Positions 18,256 through 27,559 of a stretch of 64,000 nucleotides of DNA are shown here, piece after piece. Where the stretch lies: NCBI GenBank assembly GCA_963719945.1, contig CAVRDX010000001.1, forward strand, positions 352,001 to 416,000. The letters are read 5' to 3'. How positions within the stretch are numbered: position 1 is the first letter of the stretch; the number at the start of each line of letters is the position of its first letter. The notes beneath the pieces were generated by a model. The model saw only the letters and a list, made by a program, of their open reading frames with translations. It searched no databases and was not told the DNA's origin. The stretch is from an uncultured Thermoplasmata archaeon (GTDB lineage Archaea; Thermoplasmatota; Thermoplasmata; UBA10834). The position numbers and the translations under genes are program-made.

Positions 18256-20168
18256 ATGTCCAGCTCTTCTTCTCTGAACGCGACAACTGGGCACGGGCCC
18301 AGGCATTTGCTGCAATGGGTGCACTTCTCGGCATCGATGATCGCTCTACCATCCAGGTGCAGGGCACCGAACTCGCATCTTCCGATACATATCCCGCAGC
18401 CAGTGCAATTCATCGCCTTGAACACAATCTCTTTGGTGATCAAAGCTCTTCGATCGAGTTCCTCTTCCGTTTTGCCTCTTATCATGACTGGTCCTTCACC
18501 GAATACCGTCAGGCCGCGCACCTCTACGATCTCTCCATCTGGTGATGTCGTAACTGTGCCTATCGCATTCATGAGGTTGGCGACCCTATCCATGTCTAGT
18601 CGTTTTGTGAATACACCTTCCATGCTCAATCCTTCGACACATGGGCTGTAACCTTTCGTGCTTCTGAACTCGAGGGGTGTTTCGCTCTCCTGGGTTGATT
18701 CATTCGCCTTCAGGTCGATGCCTTTCATGGACAATTCGCTCAAAATCGATTCCGGCACCTTTCGCCATCTCCATAGGTCGTATTCTCTCCATGCGTCGGG
18801 CATGCCTTTCCTCTTAGAGTATTCGTCGAGCAGCGCGTCCCATCTCCCATATTCCTTGCTTATATCCCTGACCTTCTTCAACTCGGCGAGATCCGTCGCT
18901 GGACACAAGAAACAACCTATTCTTTCCAACCCCTGGCGGTACAGGGGATTGTAGTTCGCCTTCCTCGAAAAGAGATAGATCCAGACATGGAGGGCGGTCC
19001 ATTTCTGAATCGGTGATGCGCCAAGCTGGTTCGGGGTCCAAGGATTCCTCCATATGCGTCCCTTGCCCGCCCTGAGTTCTGATTCGTAAGCACGTTGTCC
19101 TATGAATGAAAGAACACCCTTCGGGAAATTCTTCTGGATTATCCTCGTGGCCGGCCCCAGCTTGCATGTCTTGCAGCACCATCTGTAATCCTTTGCCGGA
19201 GGGCCGAAGAGCGAGACATTCCTCCAAAAAGCGTCCCCTGCTTCTTCCTTGACTATTTCCAGAGAATATTCCTCAGCGACCTCCTCGACGTTCCTCCTGG
19301 TCTCCTGGAACTCGAGTCCCGTGTCTATGAACATGAGCTTTGGTCTGATTCCAGCCTCGAGGACCAACAACAATGTCGCGAGACTATCTTTTCCGCCGCT
19401 GTAGGAAACTGCGATGGGCAGGGGATTCTCGCTCACCACCCTGCTGATGAAAGTCTTGGCCTCGCTCACTCTACGTTCCAAGACCTCTTGATTGGCAACA
19501 AGCACATCATCCCAAGTAACCTCAGCGCCTCGTGGTTCATGGGCTTCATTCGACACGACCCACCTTGTCTTGACCGCGGTTCCCTTCGTGCCTGGTCTGA
19601 GCATCTCCTCTGCAGACATCTTCGCGACGCCTACTGAGACCGGTTGTCTTCCCTTGTCCAGAACCAATACGTCGTCTCCCTGCCTGATCCCTGGGTCGCA
19701 TTCGAGAACCCCAACCGCCAATGTGCTCGCCTTTCTATTCCTGATGGGATCGAGAGCTCCGTCATCGACGATGACCCAGCTCTTTGAGATCAGTGGTGCG
19801 AGGAGTTTGGCGCTGAGCGGCTTGAGCAGGAATCTGTTCCCGTGCACTATGTCGAACCTGATTGCGCCCGCGACCTCCCCGTCAAGGATTATCTCATCCA
19901 TGCGGTCCAGGTCTGGCGCTTTGTTCAAAAGAACGATCTTTTCAGACGGTATCAGGGCATCTCCGGTTCCGGGGCCGAACTGTCGGTTCACGATCTCTCG
20001 GATGTACTGAATATCTGATTCGAAAGCGGGCCTCGCATCTCCCGGAGGAGTGATCTGGAGCCCTCTCGTATCCGAGCCGCATCTCCCACAAGACCTCTCC
20101 TCGAGTACCGGAAGGTTGCAGGCATCGCACCAGCGAAGGTGGATCTTGCCAAGTCGTATCTCTGCCAC
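18252..20168 (-). CDS. PAPS-reductase-family protein with Zn-ribbon, PUA and 2x[4Fe-4S] ferredoxin domains
   Basis: WCDACN...CGRCG, PUA region (VDDGA...LAVGV), PP-loop SYSGGKDS, RWCCKTCK, RIGCFLCP, and two C-terminal CxxCxxCxxxC motifs. Confidence 0.88.
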   Translation of the reverse strand: MAEIRLGKIHLRWCDACNLPVLEERSCGRCGSDTRGLQITPPGDARPAFESDIQYIREIVNRQFGPGTGDALIPSEKIVLLNKAPDLDRMDEIILDGEVAGAIRFDIVHGNRFLLKPLSAKLLAPLISKSWVIVDDGALDPIRNRKASTLAVGVLECDPGIRQGDDVLVLDKGRQPVSVGVAKMSAEEMLRPGTKGTAVKTRWVVSNEAHEPRGAEVTWDDVLVANQEVLERRVSEAKTFISRVVSENPLPIAVSYSGGKDSLATLLLVLEAGIRPKLMFIDTGLEFQETRRNVEEVAEEYSLEIVKEEAGDAFWRNVSLFGPPAKDYRWCCKTCKLGPATRIIQKNFPKGVLSFIGQRAYESELRAGKGRIWRNPWTPNQLGASPIQKWTALHVWIYLFSRKANYNPLYRQGLERIGCFLCPATDLAELKKVRDISKEYGRWDALLDEYSKRKGMPDAWREYDLWRWRKVPESILSELSMKGIDLKANESTQESETPLEFRSTKGYSPCVEGLSMEGVFTKRLDMDRVANLMNAIGTVTTSPDGEIVEVRGLTVFGEGPVMIRGKTEEELDRRALITKEIVFKAMNCTGCGICIGRCEFGALHLDGRAIIDAEKCTHCSKCLGPCPVVAFREEELDI

Positions 20169-20203
20169 AAGCTTCTGGAAAGTGCCTACGTATTATAGAC
20201 TTT

Positions 20204-20212
20204 CCACTCAGA
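20204..20212. repeat. Target-site duplication, left copy (CCACTCAGA)
   Basis: Identical to 21587-21595 and abuts the left TIR. Confidence 0.9.
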
Positions 20213-20236
20213 GGTTCTGTCAATCTTCGGATGGTG
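20213..20236 (+). repeat. Left terminal inverted repeat GGTTCTGTCAATCTTCGGATGGTG
   Basis: The reverse complement of 21563-21586 reads GGTTCTGTCAATAATCGGGTGGTG; the outer 12 bp are perfect. Confidence 0.9.
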
Positions 20237-20340
20237 TTGTCGATGGTGCCTTTCCAGATGACATGAATATCTCGTCGATCGCACGAGTAGCATGCATGTA
20301 GCCAGGTAGCGGATATGTTCCTATCCAGATGCTTTCTTCG

Positions 20341-21558
20341 ATGCTCCACAGAGCAGTCGTGTTCCACATTCAGGGTGAGCTACCATCTGAGGTTAGGGCG
20401 CTCATGGTAGGTTTTCGCCTGGCAGTCAACTCCGCGATCAGAGCCGGTTTGCATGCGAGAGTGACCTCCAGGAACGCCCTGGCGAAGCTGGCGTACAAAG
20501 ACTTCAGGAAGGAGCATCCGAACATGTATGCCCAGCATCTGGTATCCTCGTTCGAAGTCGCGGGTTCGATACTCAAGAACCTCCGAAGGCGTTGGGGGAA
20601 GGGTCCAATTCATCGCATTCCATATGTGCGGCGACTGATGATGAAGGCGGAGAACCAGGCATACAAGCTCGATCGAGAGAATGGCGTGGTCGACCTTCCG
20701 ATACGAGCAGGATGTCATGTGAAGCTGAGGCTCGTCCTGAGCGATTACCATCGCGTCTTTCTGAACGACAGAACTCTCTCCCTTGGTTCACTGACACTCC
20801 TATCTGACAGGGTCATAATAGTCTTCAGGAAGAGTCCACCTAAATCATACATTCCAGAGATGGCCCTGTCTCTGGATACCAATGAGCGGAGCTTGGACGG
20901 CGTGTTCCTGAGCAAAGGGGAAAGTGCGCCAGTTCAAGCAGCATATCCCGATGTCGCGATAATCCAGGCACGGCATCACGATCGACGTAAGCGTCTTCAG
21001 AAGAGGAAGGCGCACGATCGACGGACATCTAGACGGTTGTGCAACAAAGAGGGGAGGAGGGAACGCCATCGGATCGAGTACCGCATGCACCAGGTGGCCA
21101 ACGCAGTGCTCGGCTTCGCGGAGGAGCATAAATCGACGATTGTGCTCGAGGATCTGAATGGTATGATCGGGCGTAAGCGTGGCAAGTCGCTCAACAGACG
21201 TTTGAGTTCGTGGCCTCGGAGGAAGCTGCACAACATCATCGAGTACAAGGCAGCCTGGAAAGGCGTGCCAATCATCAAGGTCGATCCATACAACAGCAGC
21301 AGGAGGTGCCCGATATGTGGGAGATTGAATCATTCCCGAATGGGCGCCGAGTTCGAGTGTGAGTGCGGTTGGCGTGCGGACAGGCATGTCAACGCCGGCA
21401 TAAACCTGCTGCAGACAGCCTTCCCGGATGGGATGGCAGGGGGCTTACGGTTCAGCCCCGGCGCGTTCCAGCATGACGTGGTGATGACCCTCTACGACCC
21501 ATTCATGGGCGCACGGTCGGAGCCGAATGGGACGAGTCGATCGGTGGGGCGGTCATGA
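20341..21558 (+). CDS. tnpB: TnpB family RNA-guided endonuclease homolog (RuvC D-E-H variant)
   Basis: RuvC-I SLDTNE, RuvC-II IVLEDL, IIEYKAAWKGVPIIKVDPYNSSRRCPICG...CECG zinc finger, RuvC-III DRHVNAGINL. Start is ATG 20341 or 20329. Confidence 0.93.
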   Translation: MLHRAVVFHIQGELPSEVRALMVGFRLAVNSAIRAGLHARVTSRNALAKLAYKDFRKEHPNMYAQHLVSSFEVAGSILKNLRRRWGKGPIHRIPYVRRLMMKAENQAYKLDRENGVVDLPIRAGCHVKLRLVLSDYHRVFLNDRTLSLGSLTLLSDRVIIVFRKSPPKSYIPEMALSLDTNERSLDGVFLSKGESAPVQAAYPDVAIIQARHHDRRKRLQKRKAHDRRTSRRLCNKEGRRERHRIEYRMHQVANAVLGFAEEHKSTIVLEDLNGMIGRKRGKSLNRRLSSWPRRKLHNIIEYKAAWKGVPIIKVDPYNSSRRCPICGRLNHSRMGAEFECECGWRADRHVNAGINLLQTAFPDGMAGGLRFSPGAFQHDVVMTLYDPFMGARSEPNGTSRSVGRS

Positions 21559-21562
21559 TGAC

Positions 21563-21586
21563 CACCACCCGATTATTGACAGAACC
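21563..21586 (-). repeat. Right terminal inverted repeat
   Basis: CACCACCCGATTATTGACAGAACC, inverted copy of 20213-20236. Confidence 0.9.
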
Positions 21587-21595
21587 CCACTCAGA
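21587..21595. repeat. Target-site duplication, right copy (CCACTCAGA)
   Basis: Identical to 20204-20212. Confidence 0.9.
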
Positions 21596-21596
21596 C

Positions 21597-22010
21597 CTAC
21601 TTGAGCGCCTTGAGCTGCTTTACGACAGATTCGACGGCGTCCTTCGCCCTCTCTATCCTGTCCTCTGCCTGGAGCCTGCTCATGCCTGGGCCCGTGATGC
21701 CGAGGCCGACGGGTTTCTCGAACTCGACCGCGAGATCGGTGATTTTCCTCGCTGCTTGGCCTATGACGATCTGGTCATGTGCAGTCTCACCCTCTATGAC
21801 CGCGCCAATCGTCACGACGCCATCAATCGATTTATCCTTCAGAAGCGTCTTGATCGCCAGAGGCATATCGAAGACGCCCGGGACCATCATGATTCTGGAT
21901 ACATCTACATCCAGGAATTTCGCATGCTCCTTCGCCCTTTCAAGCATCATCTGTGTCAGGTCGAAATTGAATTCGCTGCACACGATGCCAATCTTGTACT
22001 TGCTTGCCAT
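21597..22010 (-). CDS. ribH: 6,7-dimethyl-8-ribityllumazine synthase
   Basis: IGIVCSEFN, VPGVFDMP, GAVIEGETAHD. Confidence 0.95.
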   Translation of the reverse strand: MASKYKIGIVCSEFNFDLTQMMLERAKEHAKFLDVDVSRIMMVPGVFDMPLAIKTLLKDKSIDGVVTIGAVIEGETAHDQIVIGQAARKITDLAVEFEKPVGLGITGPGMSRLQAEDRIERAKDAVESVVKQLKALK

Positions 22011-22034
22011 TTCAGAACCTCCTTCTTTCAATCG

Positions 22035-22951
<917 letters not shown>

Positions 22952-22957
22952 GGGAGT

Positions 22958-23665
22958 CTACCTCTTCCTGAACTCCTTCCACGCATCGATCACGTCTTTC
23001 CCCTCGATGAAGACCAGATCGTGTTTCTCAGCATATGTTCTTGCCGCTTCCTTCGAGAGAGCCCTGCCATCGTCTCCCATCATCTCACAGATGGTTGCTG
23101 ATGGCACGAGTCCCGTCATTATGACGAGGGCGGTGGTGAGTTCGGTGTGGCCGAACCTGGTCTCGAGTATCTGATCCGATGTGTTTAGAAGATGAACATG
23201 TCCGGGGGCCCTGAAGTTATTACCCAGTTCTCTCTTGCCCCAACCGTCTCCCTGTGCGACAGCTGTCCTTGCGAGTTTTGCGAACTCTGTGATCGTCAGG
23301 GCTCTATCGTCATCGGTTATGCCTGTGAATGTCTTCCGATGGTTTATCGTGATCCCGAAAGCGGATTTGACGTCGTATGGGATATCATTGGGCGTAAGCC
23401 CCTTCATTACGGGGTACTCTTCAGACATCCCCGCGAACACTTCTGTAAGGAATGGCAATCCGAGGCTTCTCCTTATGGCCGGGTCTGCAGTTGTGCAAAT
23501 CAACCCTCCAGCATTCTTCCTCAGAGTCCTTATCGCTGAAGATGTGACGAACTCAGATGCGATGACCATGTCCGTCTCCTCCTCACGACCGTCGGCGTCG
23601 TACACGAGGACGAACCGTCCTTCCCTGAGCTCATTGAGCGCTCGCAACACGGTATCTGAAGCCAT
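22958..23665 (-). CDS. ribB: 3,4-dihydroxy-2-butanone-4-phosphate synthase
   Basis: YDADGREEETD, TFTGITDDDRA, FRAPGH, GHTE, ICEMMGDDG. Confidence 0.95.
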   Translation of the reverse strand: MASDTVLRALNELREGRFVLVYDADGREEETDMVIASEFVTSSAIRTLRKNAGGLICTTADPAIRRSLGLPFLTEVFAGMSEEYPVMKGLTPNDIPYDVKSAFGITINHRKTFTGITDDDRALTITEFAKLARTAVAQGDGWGKRELGNNFRAPGHVHLLNTSDQILETRFGHTELTTALVIMTGLVPSATICEMMGDDGRALSKEAARTYAEKHDLVFIEGKDVIDAWKEFRKR

Positions 23666-23724
23666 CTGAGTCGTTCATTCGGTGGGAACATATTATGGAT
23701 GTTGTAGTTACCATTCCGAAAGTA

Positions 23725-26628
23725 TCAGTCTACCCTTCTTAAAGCCTCAGCGGGGGCCAGTCTGGCTGCCTTCCTAGACGGTGACAGAGTCGATGCGAGT
23801 GTCATCGCGAAAGCGATGATCGTTATCATGAGGATCTCGGACCATGGTATCACAAAGTGCGAGAACTCATCGAACCCTCCCCATGCGAACAACCTCCACG
23901 AGAGGCCCAGCCCGAGCAATATGCCCAGCGTTATCCCCAGCAGCGACACGAACGATGTCTCCAGGAGGAAAGTCTTCAGAATCATGTCCCTCTGAAAACC
24001 TATCGCCCTCATGACGCCTATCTCCTGCCTCCTCTCTGCGATGTTCCTTATGGTTATGATGCCGAGTCCTGTGATGCCAACGATGAGGCCAACGCCCAGG
24101 AAGATCTCCATGAGTTGCATGGTCGATGACGACATCTTCATGAATTCTTCGATGAGATCCTTCACGACGACTGCCATCAGGCCATACTCGGCGAAGGTCT
24201 TCTCCATCTCAGCCCTTATCTGCTCGTCAGTGAACCCTGTGCCACCGATTGTATCTATGTAGAACAGGTTCTGTTGATAGGTCGGAGCATTCGTCTCTAC
24301 GAACTCTACAGATGTGAATACACCATTCAGGAGCAATTGGTCCATGATGCCTATCACAGTCATGTTCTTCGTCATGCCGGTGGAGAATGTCACAGTGAAT
24401 GTGTCGTCAACACCGAGTGGCAAACCGCCAGAAGTGAACGAGAACATGCTCTGGGAATAGCTGCCATCGAGTATTGCGAGACTCGAGTTGCTGGCTATCG
24501 CATTCCAAGCGTCCTCATCCGAGGAGAAATTCTCTGATCTCGATGCCAGTGAGAAATCTCCATCAGATAGCATTCGGTCATTGAATCCTATCAGATTCGC
24601 TGTGGGTGTGAGGTTGGAACTATCGGTATGCAAGGACACGAGCGCCGATCTGGCCGATTCGACCCGCATTATCACGTCTGTCCCAAGCGAAGCATTTACC
24701 TCATCCATTCCATCGACCATGTCCTCGTCAGTGATGTCGTGGAGCGAGAAGGCGATTATCTCAAATCCTCCAGAGAACTTCTCGGACATCGTGTCCACGC
24801 TTTCCCTCTGGAAGGACGCGATCATCGCTATGACGATCACTGTGAACATTATCAATGCGAATATGAAGAGTGTCAGCCCTGTCCTGAACTTCTTGTTCAA
24901 GGGATAACTGATGGCGATCTTCAATATCGGCAGCATGGTCTTCCCGCGTCCGAACAGTCTCATGAGTCCGGCCAAGAGCAGGTCGCTATTGAACATGGCC
25001 AGGATCACGCCACCCGTGACCAGTAGGACTCCGGATAAAATGAACATCTCCATGTCTCCTCCCAGCGCTCCGAATATCTGGTCTACAATATCGAGTGGGT
25101 CCAGCATCCAGAATATCATGAAGATGCCTGCAAGGGAGAATGGCACACGCGGACCGACGAACCTGATAGCTATCATGGCCGCTCCCAATGCGATAAGACA
25201 TGGGCCACTCACGATGCCTGCGGCTTGCTCCGCGGAAGCGCTCACTATGATCATCAGAATGCCAAACAGAATAGCCAGTGCGCCTGTGATGATGTATCTT
25301 CTCTCCGATTTCACAAGCATCGGTTCAGGTATGTCCCTGATCGCTCTCACTATGTTGAGCTTGCTCACGCGCCATGATGCGATGATCACTGTCAACGCTG
25401 TGAGCAGGAATCCGGAAGTGGCAGCGATTCCAAGGCTCTCCCATTGGAAGTGAAGAGACCAGCTCATGCCAGCGCCTCCGAAGATCATCGAGAAGGCTTC
25501 CAGCATCACGAAGGCTATTAGCAGCCCTGCAAATGCGCCGACGATCGAAGCCGCAATCGCATATACGATGCCTTCGAACATGAATGTCTGGGTAAGATCT
25601 CCTCTCTGCATGCCGATGGCTCTGGAAATGCCCATCTCGGGCTTCCTCTCCTCGGCCAGCATGACAAATATATTGATGATGAGCGCGATGCCGGCGATTA
25701 TTGCGAAAGAGCTCATCACTATGAATATCTGAGATATCTGATCCGCAGCCGTCTCCGCTGATTCTACACCGTCTCTCTTGACCTCAGATATCTCGTAGTC
25801 ATATGCGGGGTCCAGGTTCTGCTCTAGCTCGACGACCGCCTGCTCGGATACTCTGTATCCTTCTTCGATGCTTCCAAGGCACGAGACGTCGATTGCGTTG
25901 ATCATACCCGGTCTTGCGAATATGGAGTCCTGAGCAAATTGCAGATCAATGAATAGAATGTCCGAGAATCGCCAGATCCCCATGCCCTCCTCCACAGCCA
26001 CACCAGCTACTTCTAGATAGACCGGCATGCCGTCTTTAGAGAGGACGAAGAGCTGGTCTCCAATCGACGCATCTATTTCATCGGCGAGACCCGCATTCAA
26101 AACGACCTTTCCAGAGGTAATGTCCTCCGCTCCGAAGTCGTTCCCATCGGAATCCATCAGTCCTCCTATGGCGTTATTGGGGTCGTAGGCGAATATTAGT
26201 GCGGAAGGAATTGAAAGGTTATTATTCACATTGATTATCGTCGCAGCTCTCCTTATGGCCGGCGTGACCATATCGATGTGTGGCATCGATCCAGATTCCT
26301 GACTGCCGATCAGGTCATCTGCAATGGTTTGGTTGAAGAACACCGACGCTCCGGATTCATCCTCGACGGTCACGAGTATGTCTGCGTTGCCAGAGCTCTC
26401 GAACACATCGCCCTTGATGATATAGTCTAGGGTGTCCCCGACTACGAGTGATCCTGATATCATCGCCGTGGCTACGAGCAGGCCACTGACCACTATGACC
26501 GCATACCTTGTCCTCCTGGTGACGTTCCTGATGGCCATCCGTGCGAACATCCTGCGTCTCATTGCCAGGAGTCCTACAGCAACCAAAACGATGGCGACGA
26601 TGACGACAAGCTGAACAAGTGCACTCAT
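23725..26628 (-). CDS. FtsX/MacB-like ABC transporter permease (two FtsX repeats)
   Basis: ERKPEMGISRAIG and ERRQEIGVMRAIG motifs, multiple TM segments, C-terminal PAEALR. Confidence 0.9.
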   Translation of the reverse strand: MSALVQLVVIVAIVLVAVGLLAMRRRMFARMAIRNVTRRTRYAVIVVSGLLVATAMISGSLVVGDTLDYIIKGDVFESSGNADILVTVEDESGASVFFNQTIADDLIGSQESGSMPHIDMVTPAIRRAATIINVNNNLSIPSALIFAYDPNNAIGGLMDSDGNDFGAEDITSGKVVLNAGLADEIDASIGDQLFVLSKDGMPVYLEVAGVAVEEGMGIWRFSDILFIDLQFAQDSIFARPGMINAIDVSCLGSIEEGYRVSEQAVVELEQNLDPAYDYEISEVKRDGVESAETAADQISQIFIVMSSFAIIAGIALIINIFVMLAEERKPEMGISRAIGMQRGDLTQTFMFEGIVYAIAASIVGAFAGLLIAFVMLEAFSMIFGGAGMSWSLHFQWESLGIAATSGFLLTALTVIIASWRVSKLNIVRAIRDIPEPMLVKSERRYIITGALAILFGILMIIVSASAEQAAGIVSGPCLIALGAAMIAIRFVGPRVPFSLAGIFMIFWMLDPLDIVDQIFGALGGDMEMFILSGVLLVTGGVILAMFNSDLLLAGLMRLFGRGKTMLPILKIAISYPLNKKFRTGLTLFIFALIMFTVIVIAMIASFQRESVDTMSEKFSGGFEIIAFSLHDITDEDMVDGMDEVNASLGTDVIMRVESARSALVSLHTDSSNLTPTANLIGFNDRMLSDGDFSLASRSENFSSDEDAWNAIASNSSLAILDGSYSQSMFSFTSGGLPLGVDDTFTVTFSTGMTKNMTVIGIMDQLLLNGVFTSVEFVETNAPTYQQNLFYIDTIGGTGFTDEQIRAEMEKTFAEYGLMAVVVKDLIEEFMKMSSSTMQLMEIFLGVGLIVGITGLGIITIRNIAERRQEIGVMRAIGFQRDMILKTFLLETSFVSLLGITLGILLGLGLSWRLFAWGGFDEFSHFVIPWSEILMITIIAFAMTLASTLSPSRKAARLAPAEALRRVD

Positions 26629-26640
26629 GTCAATCCTCCT

Positions 26641-27390
26641 TCAGAATGGCGTCGGTGCGAATTCTTTTTCGATTCTGCCGTCCCGCATGGTCACTATCCT
26701 GTCAGCGATCTTCCCCACATTGTAGTCGTGGGTCACGATGATGAATGTCTGCGCATTCTCCTTGTTGAGATGCTTCAGGAGGTCCATTATCTCCTTGGAG
26801 TACTCGCTGTCGAGATTGCCTGTGGGCTCGTCACCGAAGACGATCTCAGGTTTGTTTACAAGTGATCGTGCTATCGTGACCCTCTGCTGTTGCCCGCCAG
26901 AGAGCTCCGCAGGCTTATGGTTCTTCCATTCCAGCAGGTCTACGGACTTGAGAGCTTCGGTTGCCCGTTCCCTCGCGAGTCGCGGATTAGTTCCTGAGAG
27001 TAACAGCGGAAGCTCCACGTTCTCTGCAGAGGTCAACACTGGCAGGAGGTTGTAAGCTTGGAATATGAAACCGATCTTCTCCGCCCGATAGCGAGTCCTC
27101 TCGCGATCGGACATGTCGGATAGCGGTCTCCCGCGTATGAACACCTCTCCCGAGGTTATGTCATCAAGACCAGACATGCAGTTGAGCAGTGTGGTTTTTC
27201 CGCAGCCAGAAGGTCCCATGACCGCTATCATCTCCCCTTCCTTTGCATGGAAATCGACACCTCTGAGAGCATCAACCTTGACTTTTCCGGAATCGTAGGT
27301 CTTGAAGATTCCTTTGGCTACGACTATTCCTTCGTCTGCGGGTGAGCTATCTTCCTTCTGCCTGACCCGTCTCGTTTTTTCATTCTTCAT
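26641..27390 (-). CDS. ABC transporter ATP-binding protein (LolD/MacB type)
   Basis: GPSGCGKT, LSGGQQQR, DEPTGNLD. Confidence 0.95.
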   Translation of the reverse strand: MKNEKTRRVRQKEDSSPADEGIVVAKGIFKTYDSGKVKVDALRGVDFHAKEGEMIAVMGPSGCGKTTLLNCMSGLDDITSGEVFIRGRPLSDMSDRERTRYRAEKIGFIFQAYNLLPVLTSAENVELPLLLSGTNPRLARERATEALKSVDLLEWKNHKPAELSGGQQQRVTIARSLVNKPEIVFGDEPTGNLDSEYSKEIMDLLKHLNKENAQTFIIVTHDYNVGKIADRIVTMRDGRIEKEFAPTPF

Positions 27391-27559
27391 GCTCGTCCCC
27401 TCATCTGTGCCGAATTGCCATGGTAAATAACGGCCTTAACTCTGCGAAACCAGGAAGCATATTTAGGCTTTGTTGCGGGATTCCTTGGGTCACAGATTCA
27501 ATCAAGTAATCGCAACCTCATTTATACTCCGACGTACATTTGAGTATGGTTTTAGGCAT

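Larger units (their letters stand above)
20213..21586 (+). mobile_element. Non-autonomous TIR-bounded insertion sequence carrying only tnpB (DDE-type, IS1/IS6-like ends)
   Basis: 24-bp TIRs (21/24), 9-bp TSD, single tnpB ORF and no transposase. Confidence 0.88.
21420..21606 (+). ncRNA. Predicted omegaRNA/reRNA of TnpB: scaffold overlapping the tnpB 3' end and right TIR, guide in the flank
   Basis: Hairpins GGGGCT/AGCCCC (21440-21459), CCCATTC/GAATGGG (21498-21531) and an imperfect stem at 21541-21572. Position is typical of TnpB guide RNAs; boundaries are inferred. Confidence 0.55.

Noticed and set aside
20237-20340. tnpA or DDE transposase remnant upstream of tnpB
   Set aside because: Only about 100 bp with short ORFs and no HUH, serine-recombinase or DDE motif
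20329-21606. Cas12f/CRISPR system
   Set aside because: No repeat-spacer array or cas genes near the nuclease or elsewhere in the window
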